This document shows positions 52,722 through 64,000 of a DNA stretch of 64,000 bases, one piece after another. How positions within the stretch are numbered: the stretch's first letter is position 1; each line of letters starts with the position of its first letter. The notes beneath the pieces were generated by a model. It was not told where the DNA came from, did no database searches, and saw only the letters and a program-made list of their open reading frames with translations. A program made the translations under genes and the position numbers. Origin of the DNA: Octopus sinensis (Eukaryota); contig NC_042998.1 in NCBI RefSeq assembly GCF_006345805.1, positions 78,430,001-78,494,000 of the forward strand, in the 5' to 3' direction.

Positions 52722-53439
52722 TCAGTTCACCATTCGTTTGACCAAGTTGGTTTTTTGATTCCATATGATATTCTTTAAATAACCAATTTCAACCTGATTC
52801 ATACGCTCCGACAATGCCTTTCAAAAACTGAATTACTCATTGAAATTAATTAGGGTCAAGCAAGCGAAGAAATATTTAATTGGATCAATCACAGGCTAAA
52901 TTAGTCGATAATGCAAACAACAAAATGGCGTCCATTCACCGCTAGGTACAAAACTATCTCTTTTATTTTATTGCATTTATTTACTTATTTATTTTCAAAT
53001 TTTATCAACAAATGATCTGTTTATTGCAAAATTGTTACACATAATTTTGAAAAAACACACAGATAAATTATGTAGTGATATCTGACCTTTGATACTCAAT
53101 AATTCCTTGAAGGACGTGTTCAATATATTTTTGTAGGTATTTTGTCCAGAGAAAGGAATTGCAGTCATAGCCTTTTGCAAGCCATGCAAATGGTGATACA
53201 GATGTGGATAATATTGCTTTTGGACAGATGCAAGTATGAGATTATAGACTTAATCTGTCGCCCGCTTTAACACCACCACCTCATCTTTGGGTACCTTTAG
53301 CGGAGTCCAGTCTGTTGCAAAAATTCGGATTAAGTCACTGATCAGGTTATAACTTCCTTCCGGTTGTCGAGCAGGCTCTGTTAAGGGTGTAAGGCGCTAC
53401 TCTTCCCCAGTCAGAAAGAAGAAAAGAAGAAAAAGAAAC

Positions 53440-54400
53440 GCTGATAGATGCTAGGAAAACATAAGAATCCAGAGGGTGTACTTTCTGGATGGAGATGAGA
53501 GGGTGAAGTCGTTAGTGGGACACATTGGAATTGGCACAATATGAGTGACGTATGAAGTAGAAAACCTGAGCGGAGGCGACAAATGAGCAGTCAGCTCTGA
53601 AGGAGAGAGACACTGTAGTAATAGTAGAAGAGATCGAGTGGAGACTCTGTACGTATGTGGGTGAAAGGCTGGGGTGTATTAGCCAACGATTTCATGCCAA
53701 TCAATTCGGTGATCATTCTTTGAAAATACTCTGGGGTGCCTATATATGTAACAGCCAAAAATTAAAATAAAATAAAATATGTAGAAGCGGTAGTTGTATT
53801 GTGGATCTCACTAGAGCTTTGTTTAGGGTTAGTAATTGTTGGGAGCTGAAGTATTTTTTGACTACAAACAAGATCAGTGAAATCGCCAGGCAAGATTATT
53901 AGTGCTAGTGAATTAAGCATCCATAATTTTGACGGATCTAATCGCATATTGCTAATATTTATTGGAGAGTGTAATATATCTTTCTTGATAAATGTAGTGA
54001 GTGTGTATTTTCTATAATGAAGAAAACAAGGCTGACATGAAACTCAGTGGGGAACATTTTAGAGAGTTCTCTTCAAAGCATCAGGGCATGTTTAGAAACA
54101 AGTATATAAGTTACTTGCTTGTGTATGACATATGAGTGCAGAGGATTACAGAAGATAGAAGAGTGCTTTCATACGAATAGGATCGGGTACTGTTAGAGTT
54201 GGTAGCAAGTAGGCTGTAAATGTGCAGCAAAACAAGAGAGATCTCCTTCAGTAAGTATCGCGATGTTGGAGGTCTGACAGGTAACCTCTCATCTAAGGGC
54301 CAAGCAATGATGTAGCCCATAAGCAGAGTTTTAGCTATATCTGCATTCTGAACAAGACAGTCACATGCTTTGCTAAGGTTATGAGGAACAACAATGTTTT
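53440..54400 (-). pseudogene. Degenerate CR1/L2-like LINE (RT motif C to 3' end)
   Basis: VLLHIYSLLATNSNSTRSYSYESTL (compare LFLLHINDLL...IHSYADDSTL) and QPFTHIR...LFYYY..SPSEL (compare QPLSHRR...FYRY..CSSEL). Confidence 0.6.
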
Positions 54401-55131
54401 CATTATATATATATATATATATAAACTATGGATACGCAAAACAGCATTGAATGAAATATAAGAGTGTGTGCTATCATATTTTACACGTTCAAGTTGTATA
54501 TTCGGACGTGGAATTTCCTTTTGCTGTGGAAGCGGTTTTGAGATGTAATTTCCCTTATAAACAATATATGTGAAAATACACCATAGAACTATGAATGGCG
54601 TTATTATACTTTAGAACGCATACGTTTTATGCGCAGTTGTCATTTATTTGCCATTCATAGACCTCTAGGAACGGCTAATCTTACATTTGCGTATATTTGA
54701 AGCTTAGTCAAACAGAAATGAATTAACTAGTCACAAGGAACAGCATTGTATACACATCGTCGGGCTATCAATGATGTCATTCGAACGTAGGACGCAAGCG
54801 CTTCTGCGTCGTTGTGCTTCACCAGCTACGTACAAGGCTAGTTAATTATTTCCAGCTTGACCAGGCTTTGCGCGCGTCAGCAAATGTACTATTTCCTGCT
54901 TTTATATACGCGAGCATCTCTTCTTAGAGGGCCATGAATGACTGATTCGGTATTCATAACTGAGGAAGCGTAAGGACGCTGAAATGCGTATGGCCTATGG
55001 TCCGACGATGTCATCCATAGCACAAGGCTGTTTTCACATATACTGTCTATGAGCATAATTTTCTACCAGGATTATTTCCGCAGTGAAAGGTCTTCTCCCG
55101 TCTGAGAGTACTCGTACGTATTAAATATGAT

Positions 55132-55270
<139 letters not shown>

Positions 55271-56145
55271 AATAAACAGTGACAGGAGTATAATGACAGG
55301 AAACGGTCGTCTATCCTTTATCTGCATGCTAGAGACCAATATGGAAAATGCTATGCCGAATTAACATCGATACTGTGTCTAAATACCCAAGAGACTTATC
55401 GCTTAGACAAATACGCGAGAATGTCCTCATAAACGAGATATTACCAATACAGAATAGAATATCTACATAGTAGGTAGTAGAAATTCAACGTCAGTTAACT
55501 GCCCATACAATCTGCACACATGGGTGCACCCGTATAGATAGGTATGCAGATATGTGGTGGTATAGGCAGGTATATTAAGGGTAGGGTTAGGAGGACAGCA
55601 GAATACATGTAAATCCATGTAAATAGATACATGTAAATATGTACAATTCCACAACACATCCTTACACATCCACGCAAGCGTGTTTGCACACATGTAGACA
55701 TAGGTAGGTATAGATAAGGTAGGGAAAATGACAGAAGAATACAAGGGAATTAACACGAATAAATATATATAGCCATAGACATTTCCTATACACAATCACA
55801 CTATCACACAAAGCCACGTGCACGAATGGACGGACACGCACACACACTCATACATAAATACACACGTATACAGGGGAACACAAGAGCACACACACACACA
55901 CACACACACCATGCATGTACACGTACGCATAGACACTCACAGATATGCATAGGCACACGCGTACAGAAGTATGCTCACATAGGTACGTAGGAGCACGTAC
56001 GCACACCCACAAGCATACACATCGATGGTTAACTATTTAAAAAATCCGCCACACCACACGTTCAAGCAGACACACATCCACACACGCACACACACATACA
56101 CACGCATGGACACATGCTGGAATACACTCATATATTCACACATAT

Positions 56146-56379
56146 AAGGCGGCGAGCTGGCAGAAACGTTAGCACGCCGGGCGAAATGCTTAGCGGTATT
56201 TCGTCTGTCGTTACGTACTGAGTTCAAATTCCGCCGAGGTCGACTTTGCCTTTCATCCTTTCGGAGTCAATAAATAAAATACCAGTTTCGCACTAGGGTC
56301 GATATAATCGAATTAATCCCTTCGTCTGTCCTTGTTTGTCCCCTCTATGTTTAGCCCCTTGTGGGCAGTAAAGAAATAC
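56146..56379 (+). mobile_element. SINE family A, long tail, full length
   Basis: Complete head GGCGGCGAGCTGGCAGAAACG through AAAGAAATA. Confidence 0.95.
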
Positions 56380-56791
56380 ATATATTCACACATACGAACA
56401 TATACACCCACAACCGACTCAGCCACATGAACACGCACACTGGACCGCACACTCATACGCATGCGCGCAAATGCATGCTCACACACACACACACACACAT
56501 ACACACACACACACACACACGCATAAAGAACTACACCCAACACTCATAAATCTTCAGCATTTGGGTATTAATACGTGTATGTTTTCTACAATGTAATATC
56601 ATAATATTAAGTTGAAAAACAGTAACATTGAATATGGAACATATGTATGTTTATTGATGTATATTATTTATATCATTATGTATATGTATAGGAGTATGAG
56701 TATATGCACTCATATGTATATGTATATGATTTATTATGGGTATGTACCCACACTTATATGAGTGTATATGTAATTTGGTTTGTATTTCATA

Positions 56792-56918
56792 ATCTCCGAA
56801 GATGCCTTAGGATATTTTTGTAAATGTCTCATTTATAACTACATATTGACCTACCACAAATGGCTAATATAAGTAAAATGAGACATACTTATCTGCATGG
56901 CCGAAACAGCTGTAAGAT
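56792..56918 (+). ncRNA. Type I hammerhead-like motif with extended stem II
   Basis: ATCT-CCGAAGA-TGCC...GGCC-GAA-ACAGCTGT-A-AGAT; internal 11-bp helix 56824-56834/56876-56886. Confidence 0.6.
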
Positions 56919-57160
56919 GTAGTTTATATTTATATTTATATTTATTTATATTTATATTCTCTTATACATATTGTACTTATTGTATCATATTACTCCTTTA
57001 TGTACACTCCTTTATGTACACTCCTTTATGTACACTGTTTTGTTCTATATTATTATGTTTGACCTTAAAGTTTCTTATGTAGTGGTTTAATAAAGTAAGT
57101 GATTGGGTATTATCTGGTAGTTGATATTTGATTTGGATGTATTTCTCCATTTTCTTATTT

Positions 57161-57235
<75 letters not shown>

Positions 57236-57766
57236 TAATTCAGAAATGCATTTAGCATTGAAAGGATGTATAAAGTACTCATTTCCTTACAATTTTGATT
57301 TTATATATATATTTTAATATTATCTTTGTTATTCTACTGTAAATATCTATTCGCATACGTACTATTTTATATCTCAAGGAAATCTATCATCGTCAGTGGA
57401 TGAAACAATATTTATTCTCCTAAAATCGCGCAAGATGATGATAGGCCTGCTTAATTAACCCACATTATCTGCTCGTACGACTTGCAGATAAACGACAAGG
57501 CATTTGATCAACAATTCTGGAATCCCTAATCCCTGGTAATCTACGAGGGAACCGAAGTCATACGGATTAATGAATACAATGGGGAGATAAGTGAAACAAG
57601 ATGAGGAGACGGTGGGAGACGGAGATAGTGATAGAGAGGTGGAGGCGATGCTTATGTAACTCAACTAACCTCAGTTAAACTCGATTGTCATTAGATATGT
57701 ATTAATGCTAAAGATTGGAGACTTTTGAATTACAATGAATGATCACATGCGTGTGTGTGTGGCACG

Positions 57767-57813
<47 letters not shown>

Positions 57814-58769
57814 AACATATATATATATATACACAAACATATATATATATATATATAATGTGTGACACACCGTACACACACAACTTGTATATTATCATGT
57901 ATGTTCATATTTAATTACATTTACTTTTACATGTTTGCATTTAAATAATTTTAATGTTGCTCTCATGCATGCCCCCTTCTCATGTATATTTATGCGTATT
58001 TATTTGCTAGATGTATAGGCTTAAGGATTTCTGCTCTATATTTAACTTTATACTTAACGTCGTTCCCTTATTTTGATTTCATATTTTTAATTACATTTCA
58101 TTTATGCAGTTACATGTAGTCATATCTGAACACATGCACTTAAATGGAAATTTTCTTGATGAATACGCATATTTGCTGTTACACGTATCTATTTGCAATT
58201 ATGCAGATTTCATTTTGTAATTTTAATTATTTTAATTTTGTATACATATTTTCTTGCTTCTCGTGTCCCTTTTCGTACTAACTCTCCAAAAGCGGGCATA
58301 TCTTCGTTTTATCATTATTCTCCAAGCTTAAGTCGCTGTACTTTTAACACTGTTTCACTGTATTATCTTGCGTACTTTTTGACATTATTAATTTTAATGA
58401 AGGCTTTGATTTTCTTCGCCTAGACTATATTGCAATTTTATGAATACAATTATATAGTCATTTGATCACCTTAAAAACTATAGAGTGGTAGTTAAGTTAA
58501 TGTTATTGCGGTATCTACAGTTTTCTTCTCAATTCTTGGTTCATGCATATGTATTTTTATGATTATCTTTACTAATCCATCTTTATTCCACAGAAGACTT
58601 TTCAATTTCTTGCAGTATACATATTGCAAGTATCCTATTTAATGTCCTATAACTTAAACTTTACATAAATGTAAAATGTATAATCTCCAGCTACACCTAT
58701 ACCTTATACCAGCATACACTTCAAAATCTATTATTACAACAAATTTAACCATAATGTCTCAAAAATATA

Positions 58770-59120
58770 TTCTTTTATTCATTTATTTGTTTCAGTCATT
58801 TTACTTTAGTCCCCAGGACTTATTCTTTGTAAGCCTAGTACTTATTCTAGCGGTCTCTTTTGCTGAATCACTATGTTGCAGAGACGTAGACACACCAACA
58901 TCGGTTGTCAAGCGATGGTGGGGGACAAACACAGATACACACACACACACATAAAACAGGCTTCTTTCAGTTTCCGTCTACCAAATCCACTCACAAGGCT
59001 TTGGTCGGCCCAGGCTATAGCAGAAGACACTTGCCCAAGGTGACACGCAGTAGGAGTGAACGTGAAACCATGTGGTTGGAAAGTAAACTTCTTACCACTC
59101 ACCCACGCTTGCGCCTATAT
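58770..59120 (-). mobile_element. SINE family B
   Basis: Reverse-complement copy. Confidence 0.88.
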
Positions 59121-59334
59121 TTGCACATTTGTAAATTTAAAAAAGCGTAAGGGTTTAATAAATTTAGAAAATCATAATGGTTTTAATAGAGTTTGAAAAG
59201 TGGCCGAGCAAGATTCGAAAGTAGGATCATTAAATTCCATATTTAACAAATTGTGAAAGACAAACTCGTTGGTTATGGGCTTGAATTTTAAAGTTTTGGC
59301 CTGATTGCGCGATGAGAAGTTTGTTATTAGTTTT

Positions 59335-59600
59335 TATTTTTATTATTCGAGTCGTTCCACTGTGGTCATGCTGGAGTACCACTCTGAAGGAATTTCAGTT
59401 GAGCAAATCGACCCCAGGACTATTTTTTAAAGCCCAGCACTTATTCTATCAGTTTCTTCGCGAACGACAATGTTACAGGGACGTAAACGGACCAGTACCG
59501 GTCGTCTAGCGCCGCTGGCAAAAATTAAATCACAAACACACATACACAGCGGGCTTCTTTCGCTCTAAAATCCACTAACAAGACTATGGTCGGCCAGAGT
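59335..59600 (-). mobile_element. SINE family B, diverged, mainly 3' part
   Basis: Reverse-complement match. Confidence 0.7.
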
Positions 59601-59794
59601 GAAGTTTTATGTGGAGGTACCACTCGTTAGCAAATACAGTGAACTGTCGCCGTAAGCACAATCTTAAAAAACTAAATGATTATCGAGTCCTCGTGATATG
59701 GTGTTCAAATGTAAAACATGATAGTCATGGCTGAGAAGCCTTTAATTGTAAGTGTGACTGATACATACATACAAATATATTTATACATACAAAT

Positions 59795-59949
59795 ACATAG
59801 CGGTGTGGCTAGAAGCTTGCTTCCCGACCACATGGTTCTGGGTTCAGTCTCATTCCATGGAACCTTAGGCAAGTGTCTTTTATCGTAGCTTCGAGTCGAC
59901 CAAAGCCTTGTGAGTGGATTTGGTAGACGGAAACTCAAGGAAGTACGTC

Positions 59950-59955
<6 letters not shown>
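59795..59955 (+). mobile_element. SINE family B, 5' half
   Basis: Ends in (TA)n directly before the Penelope-like fragment. Confidence 0.85.
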
Positions 59956-59994
<39 letters not shown>

Positions 59995-59996
<2 letters not shown>

Positions 59997-60700
59997 AAAA
60001 ATCGAACACAATAACACACCTACTCTGAAAACACTACCTTATGTTTCCACATGCAACTCCAGAAACAAAGAAGCATTTAACATCATTGTCCAAAATCTCC
60101 TAATACTCCATAATGACCTCAAACTGGAAGAAATTCTACGTACCCGTAAAATCATTAAAAGCAGTAAACAATCAAACACATTAAAGAAGATACTCACAAA
60201 TGCTAAATTATTCTCAAGAGTAACAGACGCAAGAGTGAAAAAATATGCTGGGCCTTACTGCGGAACATGTCCCAATCTTTTGGAAGGGTCAGAATTTCAT
60301 ATTAGATAAGGGCAAATATTCAAAATGAAATCCAACTTCACTGGCGCATCTGAAAACTTCATTTATTTAATCAACAGCTCGGGCCATAAAAACTATATAG
60401 GGTCTACAGGAATGTCTGTCAGACAGAGATATACGGTCCACAAATATTTCCCCCACAATATCGCCAGATATATCTCAGTGAACACATTGACAGATGTGCA
60501 GAACAGCTGCTATTACAATTCCTAATCTTCCCGTTATATCAATTTGCTATTTGGACCTCAACACAAATACGACTAAATAAAGAGGCCTCATTTATCGAAA
60601 ACTATAAAGCGGGATTAGATATTAGCCCATATTGAAAAATGAAGATTTACTTCAACTATTGTAAGAATCAAATATAAACCAATACTAAAAATTACAGATT
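59995..60700 (+). mobile_element. Penelope-like element 3' coding fragment with GIY-YIG endonuclease (pseudogenised)
   Basis: ORFs 59914-60309 and 60325-60525 are one frame split by TAA at 60307-60309: TLPYVST...LKKILT...YCGTC...FKMKSNFT..SENFIYLINSSGHKNYIGST...RQRYTVH. Confidence 0.9.
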
Positions 60701-60967
60701 CCCCTCTACCTTGGTTACCCTAGCAAACAAAATGTCTAGTTCAGAATTTCATTCAAAACTCAAAAGCGATAGCGAAACTGGTTCTTATGTTGGAAGAAAA
60801 CAATCTTATTTTGTACAATATTGTATAATACTTTTGTTATGACTCTAATATATACTTTAGTCTTGCAAAACAAATCTATGTTTAATACAGTTCTATATTT
60901 AAGAGATGAGGAATTATGTACATTATTTACATTATTTACATTTGACGGGTATTTGTCCTCATCTTTG

Positions 60968-61017
60968 TTGTTAACAACTTTTCGACTGATATACTCTCCA
61001 GCCTTCATCAGGTGTTT
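60968..61017 (-). ncRNA. Minimal type I hammerhead-like motif, probably decayed
   Basis: Minus strand CAC-CTGATGA-A-GGCTG gagagtatat CAGTC-GAAA-AGTT-GTT. Confidence 0.6.
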
Positions 61018-61166
61018 TGGGGAAATTTCGAACCTGGGTTCTCATTCTTAAGGTTTTCCAATGTTATTATTATTATTATTATCATTCAGTAGTTTTATTT
61101 TTATAGCGTGTTTTCACTTCACTACCGAGCGCAGCTCTGTGTGCCTTGGGTATGTGTTGTGTTTTG

Positions 61167-61197
<31 letters not shown>

Positions 61198-61254
61198 TGT
61201 GTGTGTGTAATGTTACTATTTTCGAAGCTAATTTGCTGGTGTAATGTTGTTGTT

Positions 61255-61279
61255 GTTGCTATTATTATTATTATTATTA

Positions 61280-61318
<39 letters not shown>

Positions 61319-61758
61319 CATCATTATTATTATTATTACTATTACTATTATTTATTATTGAGTGAGAGAGCAGTGCATGCCATCAAAGTGACACTGGGGT
61401 AAAATATACGAAACTCAGTATACCCATCATGACTACCCGTCTGATAAGGGTACACCAGGCACATACACCACAACCAAATGTGCGCGACATGGTGATCTCA
61501 TATCAAGATAAACAGCGCATGACCTTGCAGGTGGGACCCACTTGAATTTTCTTCTAGTCGAGTAGCCCATCCCGCTCAAAAGGTCCCTGAATAAGGATTG
61601 TTTAAGGATGTTGAACGAACCACCCATGTTTCCAAAGGTGAATCATCCAAACCTCTAAGAATTGCTTTCAACACACGGCTATGATGCTCCCCCACTACTT
61701 CTGCTCGTGGTCAGAGATGCACATATCGTCAGCCACTTAAGGACATGGTCAATTATCA

Positions 61759-61820
<62 letters not shown>

Positions 61821-61904
61821 TTTATTATTGTTGTTGTTGTTATTATTATTCAGTAGTATTATTATTCTTGTTGTTATTATTATTCAGTAGTATTATTATT
61901 GTTG

Positions 61905-61942
<38 letters not shown>

Positions 61943-61980
61943 GCTGTTGTTGTTGTTGTTGTTGTTGTTGTTAATGTTGT
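61255..61980. repeat. (ATT)n/(GTT)n arrays (61255-61350 and 61750-61980) enclosing a 400-bp GC-normal cassette
   Basis: Arrays directly visible; the cassette is probably an interspersed repeat but occurs once in this window. Confidence 0.8.
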
Positions 61981-62545
61981 TATGGTATTGTGAAGTTGAC
62001 AAGCTTTCCTATTACTCAAAATTTCACACCGGACAGCAGCTGATTTACCTAAGTTCTTTTAATGGCCCGGCTATGTTAGTTCCCGAAGTTCATTATATTC
62101 TTTTAATTATGCTAATTTCTATTTGGCCAAAATTCTTCCGATCTCTTCTGTATGTAAAACGTGTTTTGAACAACCAAAGAGGCTCGAGTTGATTTATAAC
62201 TTCGCTCGGAACAATTTTGTAGTTGCCATTTTGTCTGCTTACAAAGATCACATTTCTCCCCATGCTAGTAAATACAGTTTTGTAGTTTTAATTTAACTGT
62301 TGTTAACATTTGCTTTTAGTCTGTTTCCTTTATAAAAATGGATGGAAATTTCAATACAAAGAAAAACAAAACTGGTGTGTCGAACAGACTGGTAGAAAGA
62401 CAGTCTGAAACTGAGGCATACTTGCTTGTTTACATACGTCTGTACGAACATATATAGATGCATACATACATACATTCTTACACTTTTTTGGATGTCTATA
62501 TTATGGATTTTCCTTATAAGAGATACGGCACACACACATACACCC

Positions 62546-62585
<40 letters not shown>

Positions 62586-63249
62586 CACTACAACATTTTC
62601 TTTCTTTCTATGTTTCTATGTATCTCTGGTTCATGCTGGGTATCTACAAGTTTACAGACGTACATATTTACAGATACGCTCTCACACCCTATTGTATAAA
62701 CAGATGCATTCAAATACTTTTAAATGTAAGCATTTATAATATGTACGAGTCATTTTTATATTATCGTCCCACCCTAACAAAAACACAAAAATAAAATAAA
62801 AAAACATTTTACTTTCTAATCCAGCTTCTGACATAACCAAACCAACGAGAGAACCGCTGCATGATCGCTCTGTTTGCTAAATGTAACTGACAAATTGCTG
62901 CAAATAACACCTTAGCGTCTTAGAAAACGATATATTGGATTATGTGGGCTTGGGTAATCTATATGCAAGAATAAGATGGGATGATCCAGTGTTAATGTCT
63001 TTGATCGTAGGTCTGCCCGATCAGAACAGGTGGCCTGGAACCTAGCAACAACAGTAAGTAATGCATATAATCAGTTCGACTATTGTACGCCTCCACTCAA
63101 GAATTCTTTTATGTATTTCGATCATGTTGAGATTGCAGCCAAATTTCCTTCATCACTTTCTCATTTTTTTTTTGTTACTTACTGTGTGTGGAGAAAAGAG
63201 GCCATGGCCTTTGCGGGCTCTCTTAACTTGATGAGGCAAAAGTTCTGCA

Positions 63250-63480
63250 ACCTTTGTAAATCAACAGCGGCGGCGGGAAAATACGAGCACGAAGAGAGCT
63301 CTAGAGGGCAAGAGCTCTGGGAAGGAATGACTATGCGGCATCTGGATGGATACAAAAAAGGATGATGATAGACGGAGAAATAAGTGGAATGGGAATATCT
63401 GAGTGGAACAAAGCCCATTACAACAGAAAATGTAGAGAGAGGAAACAGCATGCCAACGGACCAGAGGTAGAAGCGTGTTT
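63250..63480 (+). pseudogene. Possible RTE LINE 3' remnant
   Basis: KRMMIDGEISG resembles EK.IM.GKIEG; weak. Confidence 0.3.
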
Positions 63481-63689
63481 GCGAATTACAGGGTATTGTA
63501 GTCTTAGTTATACTGTATTTTATCGTGGTTGACCTGGCTTAAAACCAAATAAGAAAATATAAAAGGAAAAAATAAAGACTCCATGAAAACGACCGCCTCT
63601 ATTAATACCATCAACGACAACAACATTATAGAATGCCGTATCATTATCCCCCAAATCGCAAGGCATTATTAAATATTAGTTTCAAATTT

Positions 63690-63882
63690 TGATACAGGGC
63701 GAACAAGTTCGGGGCTGGAGGTAAGTCGATTATATCGACCCCAGAACTTGAGTGGCACTTATTTTATCGACCCCGAGAGCATAAAAGACCGCAGCAGAAT
63801 TTGAACTCAGAACGTAAAGACGGACGAAATACCGCTAAGCATTTTGCCCGGCTTGCTAACGATTCCACCAGCTCACCGCCCT
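63690..63882 (-). mobile_element. SINE family A, short tail
   Basis: Reverse-complement copy. Confidence 0.88.
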
Positions 63883-64000
63883 TAGAGGTATAATTAAATA
63901 TTACGAATATCACCATGAGCTCATGACGATGCTTCTAAGTAATCGCTCATTCTGCTAGAAATAGAACGAAATATATTTCAAATTACTATCAACTGTATTA

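Overview
AT-rich, microsatellite-dense animal genomic DNA, not prokaryotic. The tRNA-headed SINE repertoire points to a cephalopod, probably Octopus; this is inferred from recalled family resemblance, with no database search. I find no convincing host protein-coding gene, tRNA, rRNA or CRISPR array, and almost all ORFs in the track are translated microsatellites or repeats. The window reads as intergenic or deep-intronic DNA. It is built from four SINE families (my labels A-D, more than 35 copies), degenerate LINE remnants (RTE, CR1/L2-like, R4/Dong-like), a Penelope-like GIY-YIG fragment, Helitron pieces, mariner/pogo/hAT remnants and MITEs. The most interesting layer is structural. There are three hammerhead-ribozyme-like motifs with palindromic minimal stem III (45274, 56792, 60968) plus several decayed relics. 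There are five long inverted repeats, one a perfect 116-bp-arm palindrome, and a pri-miRNA-sized hairpin at 46632. There is also a 1.09-kb near-perfect tandem duplication and visible head/tail module swapping among SINEs. These belong to known classes of element. I cannot show that any is a new system, and two may be assembly artefacts. Repeat boundaries were read by eye and are approximate (about 10-20 bp) unless stated exactly.
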